Shown here: piece by piece, positions 48,332 to 58,343 of the stretch
How positions within the stretch are numbered: the stretch's first letter is position 1
How the letters are laid out: every line of letters starts with the position of its first letter
Source: Myxococcota bacterium
Lineage (GTDB): Bacteria; Myxococcota_A; UBA796; UBA2385
Assembly (NCBI GenBank): GCA_044344255.1
Contig: JBIJDH010000015.1
Coordinates: forward strand, 64,001-128,000
Length of the DNA stretch: 64,000 bases
Reading direction: 5' to 3'
The notes under the pieces: model-generated
Told to the model about the DNA's origin: nothing
Database searches by the model: none
Seen by the model: the letters and a program-made list of their open reading frames with translations, nothing else
Made by a program: the position numbers and the translations under genes

Positions 48332-49240
48332 TCACCGAGCTCCCAATGGGGCGATGGGAGGCGGCTCGGCGTGCGCCCGGAGCGCGTCCACGATGATGCG
48401 GCACACATCGCTCCACGTTGGCTGCAGCGTCATCCGGAAGTGCTCGGTCTCGACGCCGACTCGGCGCACGTCATCGTGCAGGAGCCCGTTCCAGCCCGAG
48501 ATCGGAGACGGATCCTTCATCCAGATCCGAGGGAGGCGGAGCGGGTTCTCCTCGCTGACGAAGCCCTGGGTGTTGTGGATGAACAGAGTGGGGATGTGTG
48601 AAGCCTGCGGGGTCGGATGGTATCGGCCCATCATCTGCGCGTGGTGGGCCATCCCGTCCAAGCTCTGGCGGAGGTGCCGGGAGAGCAGCTCGGGTGCGTG
48701 AGGGATGTCCGAGCGGGCCTTGAGTTGACGGACTGCGGCCTCGATCTGGCCGTCCACCGAGAGCTCCATCAGCTCGCCGGGGCCGAGGGGCTCGCGCAGA
48801 CCGAAGGGGAGCCCGATCAGGTTGGTGGCGAGCTGCACGAGGGTGCCGTTGCTGGCCCAGCGGGGGAGCGCGCGGATGGGCGGGCTGGACGGCGCGTAGG
48901 CGTCGAGGAGCAGGAGCTCGGCCGGCGCGAGGCCGCGGCGGGCCGCCTGTTGGGCCATCTCGAAGGCGATGATCCCGCCGAAGGAGTAGCCGAGGAGCAG
49001 CCAGGGTCGATCCTCCGCGACCGGGAGGGCGGCGTCGAGGTAGGCGGCCGCCATCTCCTCGACCCGTGAGTAGGGCGGCCCGGGGTGCGTGAAGCCCGGC
49101 GCGGCGAAGCCGAAGACGGCGTGCCGAGGGGCGAGGGCCGCGGCCAGCGGCGGCAGCCACGTGAGCTCGCCCGCCATGCTGTGGACCGCGAAGAGGGGCG
49201 GGCCCCGGCCCTCCCGACGGATGGGGACGAGGTGGCTCAC
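48332..49240 (-). CDS. Stand-alone PKS/NRPS-type thioesterase
   Basis: GTG start overlaps the AT-ER stop (GTGA); PLFAVH..AG, GYSFGG, LLD and EHF motifs. Confidence 0.85.
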   Translation of the reverse strand: MSHLVPIRREGRGPPLFAVHSMAGELTWLPPLAAALAPRHAVFGFAAPGFTHPGPPYSRVEEMAAAYLDAALPVAEDRPWLLLGYSFGGIIAFEMAQQAARRGLAPAELLLLDAYAPSSPPIRALPRWASNGTLVQLATNLIGLPFGLREPLGPGELMELSVDGQIEAAVRQLKARSDIPHAPELLSRHLRQSLDGMAHHAQMMGRYHPTPQASHIPTLFIHNTQGFVSEENPLRLPRIWMKDPSPISGWNGLLHDDVRRVGVETEHFRMTLQPTWSDVCRIIVDALRAHAEPPPIAPLGAR

Positions 49241-51477
49241 GCGTCCGCTTCCCAGAGCCCGCCGAAGCGGCGGCTGAGGTGCTCGGCGGCCCCCTCGATC
49301 AGCCAGACGGCGAGCGTGTCGGCGTGGCGAGCGCGCCAAGGCTGGAGCGGACCGCCTAGGACCACCTGGTTGAAGGCGCCGAGCGCCGGCCCGCAGTGGA
49401 TCTGAAAGTCCACCTGGTGCGCCGCCTCCCCCGCGAGGGCCCACTCGGTGCTGTATCGGAAGTACCGCTTGAAGATGAGGGCCATCCGGTGCTTCGGCAC
49501 CCGCTCGGCTCGGGCGAGGGCCTCGACGGACAAGCCTCGTCGCACCTCCTCGTAGACCGCCTCGAAGGAGCGGTGGAGGTAGCGGTCTTGGATCTGGCGG
49601 CGGGTACCGGCGTCGATCTCCTCGATGGCGCCGTGCTGCTGGTAGAGAGACAGCAGCTTCTTGGCCCGGGCGGGGAAGAAGGTGCCCTTTCGGAGCACCT
49701 GGATCTTCGCCCCCATCTCGAAGAGGGCCCCCGAGGGGGCGTGATCGGTGTCTTGGACGTCCATCCCCTCGAGCATGTCCTTGACCAGCGCGCTCGTGCC
49801 GGCCTCGACCGTGCACTGGTTGATCGAGCCCGTGAGGATGAAGTCGGCGCCGAGCACGAAGGCGGCGGCGGCGCCCTCGGGGGTGCCGATCCCGCCGGCC
49901 GCCCCGACGAAGACGGGCGGGGCCGCCGGGCGAGCCGCGGCGAGGCGGTCGCGGAGCTGGAGCACCGAGGGGATGAGGGAGAGCGGCATACCCTGGTCGG
50001 TGTGGCCGCCGGAGTCGGACTCGACGCAGAGGGCGTCGGCCATCGGGATCCGGGCGAGGAGCGCGGCGGCCTCGGCGGTGATGAGGCCGGCCTGGCGGAG
50101 CTTCCCGACGATCCGCTCTGGAGCCGGGCTCAGGAAGTGTACGGCGACGTCCGGGCGGGAGACCTTGGCCAGGACGCGGTGCTCGGCCACCACCGCGCCG
50201 CCCGGCCCCTCGCGCAGGCCTGCCGCCCGATAGCGCACGAGGGCGGGGGTCACCTCCATGAAGGCGGAGGCCTCGATCGTGCGCACCCCCTCGCGCAGGA
50301 GCAGGTCGCAGAGCGCGTCTTCGGCCTCGGGGCGCTCCGCGTGGGCGATGAAGTTGACGCCGTAGGGCGCCCCCTCGGGGAGCTGGGACTGGATCGTGCG
50401 GACGGCCGCCTCCACCTCGGAGAGGGGGAGCCCGCCGGCGCCGAAGAAGGCGAGGAGGCCCGCCCGCGCCATCCGCACGACGAGGGCTGTCGAGGCGATC
50501 CCCCGGTACATGCCCCCGGCCAGCACGGGGAGGCGGAGGCCGAAGCGCTCGCAGAAGGCCCGTGATCCGAGGTGCTCGGCGCGGATGCCACGGCGAGGCC
50601 GTGGGGGCGGCGCGAGGGGGCCGGCCTCTCGCTCGGTGGCTACCACCATCGCCTTGAGGATCGGCCGCTTCCCGGAGCCCACCTCGATGAAGTCGGCGGC
50701 GCGCAGGCCCTGGGAGAGCAGGTAGCGGACGCTCTCGCTCCACCGCACCGGGGCGGAGATCTGCTCCACCATCCGTCGGGCGAGGTCGGCGTCCTGGTGG
50801 GGGCGGGCGGTGACGTTGCAGATCACCGGGATCTGGAGGGCAGACCAGCGCACCGTCGCGGCGAGCTCGCCGAAGGCGGCCTGGGCCTGCGCCATCCGCG
50901 GGGAGTGGAAGGCGGCGCTGACCGTCAGGTGGACGAAGCCGGTCGCGCCTGCGGCCCGGAAGGCCCCCTCGGCGGCGACCACCGCCGCGCGCTCGCCGGA
51001 GATCACGATCTGGCGCGGCGCGTTGTAATTGGCGGCGTACACCGGCCCGATCTCTGGGCCCCGGAGCACGGCCTCCACTGCGGCCGCGTCGAGCCCGATC
51101 ACCGCCGCCATCCCGCCGCCGTCGGCCTCCCCCATCCGGGCGCCCCGGGCGGCGACGAGGCGGAGCCCGGTCTCGAGGTCGATCGCTCCGGCGGCGAGCA
51201 GCGCGTTGTACTCGCCGACGCTGTGGCCCATCAAGAAGTCGGGCGCAGGCTCCTGCTCGCGCCACCGCAGGTAAGCGAGCGCGTTGCAGAGGAAGATCGC
51301 GGGCTGGGTGTGGCGAGTCTCTGTGAGGGTGGACAGGGGCCCCTGTTCACAGAGCGCGCGGATCGGGTAGCCGAGGACCCGGCTCGCGAGCTCCACCTCG
51401 GCGGGGAAGGCGTCGAAGAGCTCGGCGCCCATGCCGACATGCTGGGAGCCCTGCCCGGGGAAGATGACTGCGCGCAT
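49237..51477 (-). CDS. trans-acting malonyl acyltransferase fused to a PfaD-type enoyl reductase (AT-ER, PksE-like)
   Basis: FPGQGSQ, GHSVG, AFHS; GGMYRGIAS, EASAFM, DSGGHTD, GAAGGIG motifs. Confidence 0.93.
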   Translation of the reverse strand: MRAVIFPGQGSQHVGMGAELFDAFPAEVELASRVLGYPIRALCEQGPLSTLTETRHTQPAIFLCNALAYLRWREQEPAPDFLMGHSVGEYNALLAAGAIDLETGLRLVAARGARMGEADGGGMAAVIGLDAAAVEAVLRGPEIGPVYAANYNAPRQIVISGERAAVVAAEGAFRAAGATGFVHLTVSAAFHSPRMAQAQAAFGELAATVRWSALQIPVICNVTARPHQDADLARRMVEQISAPVRWSESVRYLLSQGLRAADFIEVGSGKRPILKAMVVATEREAGPLAPPPRPRRGIRAEHLGSRAFCERFGLRLPVLAGGMYRGIASTALVVRMARAGLLAFFGAGGLPLSEVEAAVRTIQSQLPEGAPYGVNFIAHAERPEAEDALCDLLLREGVRTIEASAFMEVTPALVRYRAAGLREGPGGAVVAEHRVLAKVSRPDVAVHFLSPAPERIVGKLRQAGLITAEAAALLARIPMADALCVESDSGGHTDQGMPLSLIPSVLQLRDRLAAARPAAPPVFVGAAGGIGTPEGAAAAFVLGADFILTGSINQCTVEAGTSALVKDMLEGMDVQDTDHAPSGALFEMGAKIQVLRKGTFFPARAKKLLSLYQQHGAIEEIDAGTRRQIQDRYLHRSFEAVYEEVRRGLSVEALARAERVPKHRMALIFKRYFRYSTEWALAGEAAHQVDFQIHCGPALGAFNQVVLGGPLQPWRARHADTLAVWLIEGAAEHLSRRFGGLWEADA

Positions 51478-51507
51478 GGCCGAAGCCCCTCGTCCTGGTG
51501 GGTCTGC

Positions 51508-53181
51508 CTAATTGCCCATGGGGTCGGGCACGAGCTCGCCGCCGGCCTTCTCCCAGGCGACGGAGCCGAGATCGAGGCGGATGACCCGATCGGCCACATG
51601 CCAGTACCGATCATCGTGGGTCACCGCGAGGACGGTGCCGCCGCGGGCCTTGATCATCGGCAGGATGGAGAAGTAGAAGAACTCTCGGAATTCCTGGTCT
51701 TGCTCGGCCGGCCACTCGTCGAAGACGGTGATCGGGCGGTCTTCGAGCAGGGTGGTGATGAGCGCGAGCCGCTTCTTCTGACCGGTCGACAGCTTGATGT
51801 CGGAGAAACGACCGTCTACGTAGCGCACCTTGTGGGAGAGGCGCATGGTCTCGATGAGCTCGGTGACCCGCGCGGGATCGACCCCCCGCAGGCCGTAGAG
51901 GCGGTCAAAGAGGTGGAAGTCGGTGAAGATGGCGCTGTACAGCTCGCGCAGGCCAGCGAGCGCCGCGCCCTCCACCGGGGCGCCGTCGATGCAGATGCGG
52001 CCTGCCTCGTGCGGGTAGAGGCCGGTCATCATGCGCAGCGAGGTTGACTTGCCGGCGCCGTTGCCGCCGACGAGGAAGAGGATCTCGCCCCGGCGCAGGT
52101 TCACGTGGAGGGGGCCGGCGGTGAAGGTGACCCGGCCCGTGGTGTCGCGGTAGCTCGTCTGGAGGCCCTCGAAGCGGATCTCCTGAAAGCCCTGGAACTG
52201 GGCGGACAGCGCTCGGGCCTCCGCGGGCGCGACCCCGCCGGCGGCCTCCAAGCGAGCGAGGGCGGCCTCGAGGCCGCTCACCCCGACGTTGGCGCGGAGG
52301 ATCAGGGGGACGGCGCCCACAAACTTGAACAGGGGCCCCATCGCGAGCAGGAGCGCTGGAGTGAGCGCGAGGATGATGTGATTGTGACCGGTGACGAAGG
52401 TGGGGAACAGGAAGACCACCACCCCGAGCATGTAGTAGGTGAGGAAGCTGGTCATCATCACGATGGCCACCCAGCGCTCGCCGAAGCGGGAGGTCCAGCG
52501 CTCCGCCTCCGCCGAGGCGCCCTGGAAGGCCTCGAACACACCGTCGCTGCGGGCCGCGCTCAGGCGGAGCTCCACCGCGCCCTCAACGATGTCGCCGATA
52601 CGATCGAGCATCCGCGCCTGCCGCTCGTTCACCTCCCAGAGGGTGGCCATGAGCCGCTCCCCGTTGCGGAGATAGATCACGATCCCCACGGCGGTGACCG
52701 CGACGAAGAGGGCCGCGGCGGCGGGAGAGAGGACGGTGATGTAGGCGAGGGAGGCCCCGAGCACCGCCGCTTGCGCCACACAGTCGACGAGCACCGGGAA
52801 GACCATCGAGAGGTGGTTCGTCTCCTGCGAGATCAGGGTGTAGAGCTCGCCGCGATCGAGGTCCTCGATGGTCTTGAGCTCGGAGCGGCGGATGCGCTCG
52901 ACGATCTCCAAGCGCACCTCCCGAAGCTGGGACTCGATCACCGTGTTGGCCCGCAGCAGGGCGGCGCGGTTGCAGGTCAAGAAGACGCCGAAGGCCGCGA
53001 GGAAGCCGATGGCGGCGCTCCAGTCGGGGTGAGCGCCGTCGGCCACGGCCTCGGCCACGGCGTTGACCACGATGAGCAGCGCGGTCGTGGCGAGGCCGGA
53101 GGCGGCGCTCAACAGCCCCATGATCTGGAGGTCCCGCGCCGGGATCCGCCGGATGAAGCGCAGCAGGGGCTGGGGGTTCAT
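51508..53181 (-). CDS. SyrD/PvdE/YojI-type cyclic peptide export ABC transporter
   Basis: TM domain plus GGNGAGKS, FTDFHLF, LSTGQKKRLA and FDEW. Confidence 0.92.
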   Translation of the reverse strand: MNPQPLLRFIRRIPARDLQIMGLLSAASGLATTALLIVVNAVAEAVADGAHPDWSAAIGFLAAFGVFLTCNRAALLRANTVIESQLREVRLEIVERIRRSELKTIEDLDRGELYTLISQETNHLSMVFPVLVDCVAQAAVLGASLAYITVLSPAAAALFVAVTAVGIVIYLRNGERLMATLWEVNERQARMLDRIGDIVEGAVELRLSAARSDGVFEAFQGASAEAERWTSRFGERWVAIVMMTSFLTYYMLGVVVFLFPTFVTGHNHIILALTPALLLAMGPLFKFVGAVPLILRANVGVSGLEAALARLEAAGGVAPAEARALSAQFQGFQEIRFEGLQTSYRDTTGRVTFTAGPLHVNLRRGEILFLVGGNGAGKSTSLRMMTGLYPHEAGRICIDGAPVEGAALAGLRELYSAIFTDFHLFDRLYGLRGVDPARVTELIETMRLSHKVRYVDGRFSDIKLSTGQKKRLALITTLLEDRPITVFDEWPAEQDQEFREFFYFSILPMIKARGGTVLAVTHDDRYWHVADRVIRLDLGSVAWEKAGGELVPDPMGN

Positions 53182-54833
53182 CGGGGGGCCTCCGGCGCGG
53201 GCGGCGGCGGCGCCGCGGCGACGATAGTGCCGAGGTCGAGGCGGATCACCCGATCACAACAGTGGAAGTACCGATCGTCGTGAGTGACCACCACCACGGT
53301 CTTGCCGCGGGCCTTGAGCTCTGGCAGGAGCTCGGTGTAGAAGACCTCCCGGAAGCGCCGCTCCTGGTCGGCGGCCCACTCGTCGAAGATGAGGATCTCC
53401 CTATCCTCGAGCAGGTTTACCACCATCGCCAGCCGCTTCCGTTGTCCCGTAGACAGGCGTTGGGTGGAGAAACGTCCGTCCAGGTACTCCACCTTCTCGT
53501 CGAGCTCCATGCGCCGGAGGAGGCCGCGGACGCGCTCTGGATCGACGCCCTCGAGGCCGTAGAGGCGGTCGAACAGGCGGAAGTCCGTGAAGATCGCCGA
53601 GAACAGCTCCCGGTACGCAGGGCGGCTCTCCTGGCTCACGCTGCGGCCGTCCACCCGGATGTCGCCCGCCTCGGGGCGGTACAGACCACAGAGGAGCTTC
53701 AAGGCGGTCGACTTTCCACAGCCATTGCCGCCCAGCATGAAGACGAGCTCGCCGCGGTGGAGGCTGAGGTCCCAGGGGCCGCTGGTGAAGGCGGCCTGGC
53801 CCTGGGCGTCGCGGTAGCGGAAGAGGATGCCCTCGCAGCGGATCGACTGAAAGCCGGTGAACGACAGGATCGGCGGTGAGCCGTCGGCCTCGGGCCGGAG
53901 GGGCGGGTCGAGGAGGTCGGCGAGGCGCATGACCTGATCGAGGCCGATGCGGGCCTTCGTGAAGATGGGGGCCACCGCGGTGATGGTGCCCACGGGGGCC
54001 ACGCAGAAGAAGGCGGCCGCGGTGAGCTTGTAGATGATGTCGGTGTAAGAGTCGAAGAAGAGCGGGAGGATGAAGGTGACGGCGCCCAGCAGGAGGTAGA
54101 GGAAGGCGCTCGAGAACATCAGCAGCAGCACCCAGGTCTCGCCGATCCCTACGACGAGCTCGCGGAGGCGGGTCACCACGCGATCGAAGTGCGCTTGCAG
54201 GCCGTCGCTGCGATCGGCGTTCAGGCGGAGCTCCTGGAAGCCCTCCAGGAAGTGGATGAGGGTCTCGAGCGTCTCGCCTTCGGTCTGGGTCACCGTGGTC
54301 ATCTGCTCGATCAGCGCCCGCCGCTTGGCCCAGAAGGCGAGCAGGGCCAGCGCGGTGACCCCGCCCACCACGACAAAGGAGACAAACGAGAGCGTCGCGA
54401 CGTAGGCGAGGCAGAAGCAGAGCAGGAAGGCGGCCTGGGCGGCGGTGACCAGCAGGGGGAAGCTCTGGGAGAGGTGGTTCGTCTCCTGGGCGACCTTGGT
54501 GTACACCTCGCCGCGGCCGAGGCCCTCGAGGGTGCGGAGCTCGGCGCGGCGGATCTTGTCGGCGAGCTGGAGCCTCAGCTCGCCGAGCCGGGCCTCGAGG
54601 AAGTCGTTGGCGCGGAGCAGGGCCGTCCGCTGGGCGACGTAGTAGGCGCCCAGCGCGATGAGGAAGAGGAGGACGGAGTCGGCCTCGGCCTCCAGGCCCT
54701 TCGCCGAGCTCGCCGCCACCGCGTTGATGAGGCCGATGAGCGCCGCGTTGGCGAGGCCGGCCAGGCCCGCGATGAGGACGATCGACCGGAGCTCGCGGAG
54801 ATTATTGGGGACGAGGAGGCGGAGGAGCTGCAC
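53178..54833 (-). CDS. SyrD/PvdE/YojI-type cyclic peptide export ABC transporter (paralog)
   Basis: GGNGCGKS, LSTGQRKRLA, FDEWAADQ and THDD.YF motifs. Confidence 0.92.
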   Translation of the reverse strand: MQLLRLLVPNNLRELRSIVLIAGLAGLANAALIGLINAVAASSAKGLEAEADSVLLFLIALGAYYVAQRTALLRANDFLEARLGELRLQLADKIRRAELRTLEGLGRGEVYTKVAQETNHLSQSFPLLVTAAQAAFLLCFCLAYVATLSFVSFVVVGGVTALALLAFWAKRRALIEQMTTVTQTEGETLETLIHFLEGFQELRLNADRSDGLQAHFDRVVTRLRELVVGIGETWVLLLMFSSAFLYLLLGAVTFILPLFFDSYTDIIYKLTAAAFFCVAPVGTITAVAPIFTKARIGLDQVMRLADLLDPPLRPEADGSPPILSFTGFQSIRCEGILFRYRDAQGQAAFTSGPWDLSLHRGELVFMLGGNGCGKSTALKLLCGLYRPEAGDIRVDGRSVSQESRPAYRELFSAIFTDFRLFDRLYGLEGVDPERVRGLLRRMELDEKVEYLDGRFSTQRLSTGQRKRLAMVVNLLEDREILIFDEWAADQERRFREVFYTELLPELKARGKTVVVVTHDDRYFHCCDRVIRLDLGTIVAAAPPPPAPEAPR

Positions 54834-55845
54834 CGTTCCCTCGGGAGGTCGGGGGGGGCGTGGGCGCCGCGGTGGGGGCGGCGCTCGACGAGGGCTCGAC
54901 CGGGGGGACGGGGCTCGTCGGCGAGCTCTGCGGCGCGGCCGGCAGCGGTGGCGGCAGGGTTGCGGGCAGCGTTGCCGGTAAGGGGCTGTTGGGCTCCGTG
55001 TTGAGGATGATCGGGAGCTGGCCCGCGTCGGTCCCCATCAAGACGATCTTGGTGTTCTGCGACTTGGCGAGCTCGATGGTGGCGGCGATGCCTCGCCACT
55101 TGAGGGGGTCGATGCCGGAGATCTCGTGAAAGCGGGAAAGGCCGCCGGCCTCGATGATCTTGCGGTTCGCCTCGGCCTGCTCGGCTTGGACTCGAAACTC
55201 GTACGACTGGAAGGTCTGCTGTTCGATCAGCTTCTGGACGATCGCCTGCTCCATCAGCGGCGGGAGCGTGAGCTCCATGATCTGCACGGACAGGAGCTCG
55301 ACGGGGGCCTCCGAGAGGCGGTTGATCACGTCTCCGGAGATCTGCGCGAGGAGGCCCGCTTCGTCCTGGGCGTAGATCTCGTCTGCGCGGTAGTTCCCGA
55401 TCACCTCGCGGAGCGAGGACACCACCTCGGGGATGATCAGCCGCTCCGCGTAGTCGGGGCCGACGGTGCGGTGGAGCTCCGGCAGGCGGGCCGCCTGGGG
55501 GCGGTAGCGGATGTACCAGTGCACATCGAGGTTGAGCCCGTCGGTGGTGAGCAGGACGGTCTCGTCGCGGATGGCGTGCTCGCGCACGTCGTAGATGGTG
55601 ATGGTGTCCCAGGGGAGCTTGAGGAAGGTGCCCTCTGAGATCTCCCAGTCCACGGTGCCGCCGAAGAAGCGGCTCCAGTACACGCCTTGCTGCCCCGGGA
55701 AGATGGGGATGAAGATCGACTTCCAGAAGAAGATCACGATGAAGCTGATGATGAGGCCGATCAGCGTGATCTCGCTGCGATGCAGATCGACCCACCGCTG
55801 GAGGGCGCTCCGCGTCGGCGGCGGGGTGGACGGGGAGGGTGGCAT
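54802..55845 (-). CDS. SPFH/prohibitin family membrane protein
   Basis: N-terminal TM; I.PG..GV, EG.....PW, Y....I.P.V.S..R and LP.....AI..K motifs. Confidence 0.88.
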   Translation of the reverse strand: MPPSPSTPPPTRSALQRWVDLHRSEITLIGLIISFIVIFFWKSIFIPIFPGQQGVYWSRFFGGTVDWEISEGTFLKLPWDTITIYDVREHAIRDETVLLTTDGLNLDVHWYIRYRPQAARLPELHRTVGPDYAERLIIPEVVSSLREVIGNYRADEIYAQDEAGLLAQISGDVINRLSEAPVELLSVQIMELTLPPLMEQAIVQKLIEQQTFQSYEFRVQAEQAEANRKIIEAGGLSRFHEISGIDPLKWRGIAATIELAKSQNTKIVLMGTDAGQLPIILNTEPNSPLPATLPATLPPPLPAAPQSSPTSPVPPVEPSSSAAPTAAPTPPPTSRGNGAAPPPPRPQ

Positions 55846-56056
55846 TCCGGATGTGCCCTGCGAGGAGGGCGCATCCTGTCACCAAGCGCCGATCATGTCA
55901 CCCCCTCCCCGGCCCCTGGCGGGCGCATTTGCGCCAGGGCGGCCTCCGTGCGATGGTGCGGCCACTGTGCGGTCCGGTCGCGCCGCGCCGAATCGAGCAG
56001 GTGGACCGGATGGGGCCTCCGACGCCTGCTCGGTCCCGTCCAGATGGAGATTGAAG

Positions 56057-56338
<282 letters not shown>

Positions 56339-56366
56339 GCCGGCGCGAGCGGAGGAGTCGGAGCCG

Positions 56367-58343
56367 ATGTGCGGGATCGCTGGCCTCTTCACCCACGGCG
56401 CGGACCCCGGCGCGACGCCGTCTGTCCTTCGGGCCATGCTCGGCCGCATCGCCCACCGCGGCCCCGACGCCGCCGGGCTCTATGTCGACGACCGCTTCGG
56501 GATGGGCACCGCGCGGCTCAGCATCATCGACGTCGCCGCGGGCGCCCAGCCGATGGCAGACGCCGCCGAGCGCGCATGGATCGCCTACAACGGTGAGCTC
56601 TACAACTACGTCGAGCTCCGCGCCGAGCTCGAGGCCCTGGGGTGCAGCTTCCGCACCCGCTCCGACACCGAGGTCGTGCTCCAGGCCTGGCTGCGCTGGG
56701 GAGCGGCGGGGCTCCCGCGCCTGAACGGTGGCTTCGTCTTTGCGATCTACGAGCCCGCCAGCGAGCGGCTCGTCGTCGTGCGCGATCGGTTCGGCAAGCG
56801 CCCGCTCTTCTACGCCGAGGGGCCGCACGGCCTCCTCTTCGCCTCCGAGATGAAGGCCTTCTTGGCGGTGCCGGGCTTTCGTTTCGAGCGGGATCCGGCG
56901 CAGGTCGCCGCCATCCTCGGGCAGTGGACGCCCTTGCCCGACCAGTCTGGCTTTCAGGGCCTCCACAGCCTGCCGATGGGCGAGTGGCTGGAGGTCGCGG
57001 GCGGCCGTGTCCAGACCCGGCCTTACGAGGCCCTCCGCTTCGACACCGAGCCCCCGCCCGCGACCGAAGCGGCGGCTCGCCAGGCCATCCGCGCCGCCCT
57101 CGAGCAGAGCGTGGCCCTGCGCCTGCGGAGTGACGTCGAGGTCGGGGTCTATCTGAGCGGGGGCCTGGACTCTGCGGTCATCGCCGCGCTGGCCAGTCGC
57201 CTGTCCGGGCACCCGCTGCGCACCTTCTCGGTGGAGTTTGAAGACCGCCACTTCGACGAGTCGGCCGAGCAGCGGCTCGTGGCGGGCTCCCTCGGCACCC
57301 GGCATGAGGCGCTGCGCGTCCGCGACGCCGACATCACCGACGCCTTTCCGGACGCGGTCTATCACGCCGAGGTGCCGGCCTTCCGCAGCGCCTTCGTCCC
57401 GATGTACCTGCTCTCGCGTCGGGTGCGGGAGGCCGGGATCAAGGTGGTGCTCACCGGCGAGGGCGCCGACGAGGCCTTCCTCGGCTACGACATCTTCCGA
57501 GAGACCCGCCTCCGCGCGGAGTGGCCGGGCCTGAGCCCGGAGGAGCGCAGCCAGCGGAGCGCCGCCCTCCATACCTACCTGCCGCACTTCGAGGCGGGCG
57601 GGGCGGCGGCCGCGGGGCTCTATCAGCAATTCTCTGTCGAGCGGATGCCCGGGCTCTTCTCGCACGAGCTCCGCTTCCAGAACGGCCGCTTCTGCGCCCG
57701 GCTCTTGAAGGACAAGCTGGACCCCTTCGCGGCGCTCCAGCGGGCGGTGGCCGCCGCCCCGGGCTACGCCGAGCTGCCGCCTGTCCAAAAGGCGCAGTGG
57801 CTCGAGTTCCGAACCCTGCTCGCCGGCTATCTGCTCTCTACCCAGGGGGAGCGGATGAGCCTCGCCCACAGCGTGGAGAACCGCTGCCCCTTCCTCGATC
57901 CAGGTGTAGTGGGCATCGCCGCCGCCACCAATTGGCGCTTCGACGACGGCGCGGTGGAGAAGCGGCTGCTGCGAGAGGCCTTTCGCGGTGATCTCCCCGC
58001 CAGCATCATCGACCGCAAGAAGCACCCCTACCGTGCTCCCGACAGCGCCGCCTTCGTCCGCGCCGCGCCGGCCTACCTCGAGGCCCTGTGCTCGGAGGCC
58101 GAGCTCAAGAAGCTCGACTACCTCAACCCCACCTTCGCCCTCGCGCTGGTCCACAAGATCCGGACCTCGCCGCCGGAGCGGATCAGCACCAAGGAGAACC
58201 AGGCCTTCATCTTCCTGCTCTCGCTCGTGCTGCTCGACGCCGTCTATGTCCGGGGCGAGGGGCTCCCCGCGCTTCACCCGGCGGCGGGGGCCGCCCCGAG
58301 CCCGTTCATCGACCGCCGCAGCCGCTCCCCCGCTTCATCGTAG
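56367..58343 (+). CDS. asnB: Asparagine-synthetase-like glutamine amidotransferase
   Basis: MCGI, HRGPD, RLSIID, NGE.YN, SDTEV, LSGGLDS, GEGADE and R.PFLD motifs. Confidence 0.93.
   Translation: MCGIAGLFTHGADPGATPSVLRAMLGRIAHRGPDAAGLYVDDRFGMGTARLSIIDVAAGAQPMADAAERAWIAYNGELYNYVELRAELEALGCSFRTRSDTEVVLQAWLRWGAAGLPRLNGGFVFAIYEPASERLVVVRDRFGKRPLFYAEGPHGLLFASEMKAFLAVPGFRFERDPAQVAAILGQWTPLPDQSGFQGLHSLPMGEWLEVAGGRVQTRPYEALRFDTEPPPATEAAARQAIRAALEQSVALRLRSDVEVGVYLSGGLDSAVIAALASRLSGHPLRTFSVEFEDRHFDESAEQRLVAGSLGTRHEALRVRDADITDAFPDAVYHAEVPAFRSAFVPMYLLSRRVREAGIKVVLTGEGADEAFLGYDIFRETRLRAEWPGLSPEERSQRSAALHTYLPHFEAGGAAAAGLYQQFSVERMPGLFSHELRFQNGRFCARLLKDKLDPFAALQRAVAAAPGYAELPPVQKAQWLEFRTLLAGYLLSTQGERMSLAHSVENRCPFLDPGVVGIAAATNWRFDDGAVEKRLLREAFRGDLPASIIDRKKHPYRAPDSAAFVRAAPAYLEALCSEAELKKLDYLNPTFALALVHKIRTSPPERISTKENQAFIFLLSLVLLDAVYVRGEGLPALHPAAGAAPSPFIDRRSRSPASS

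Noticed and set aside
48332..51265. 977-aa ORF suggesting a large TE-containing protein
   Set aside because: Only the last ~302 aa are TE-like. The remainder is an off-frame overlap with the AT-ER gene, and a GTGA coupled start exists at 49240.
49237..51477. PfaD-like domain as evidence of a PUFA synthase cluster
   Set aside because: No pfaA/B/C genes are present; an AT-ER fusion with discrete ACP and amidotransferase fits trans-AT PKS systems better.
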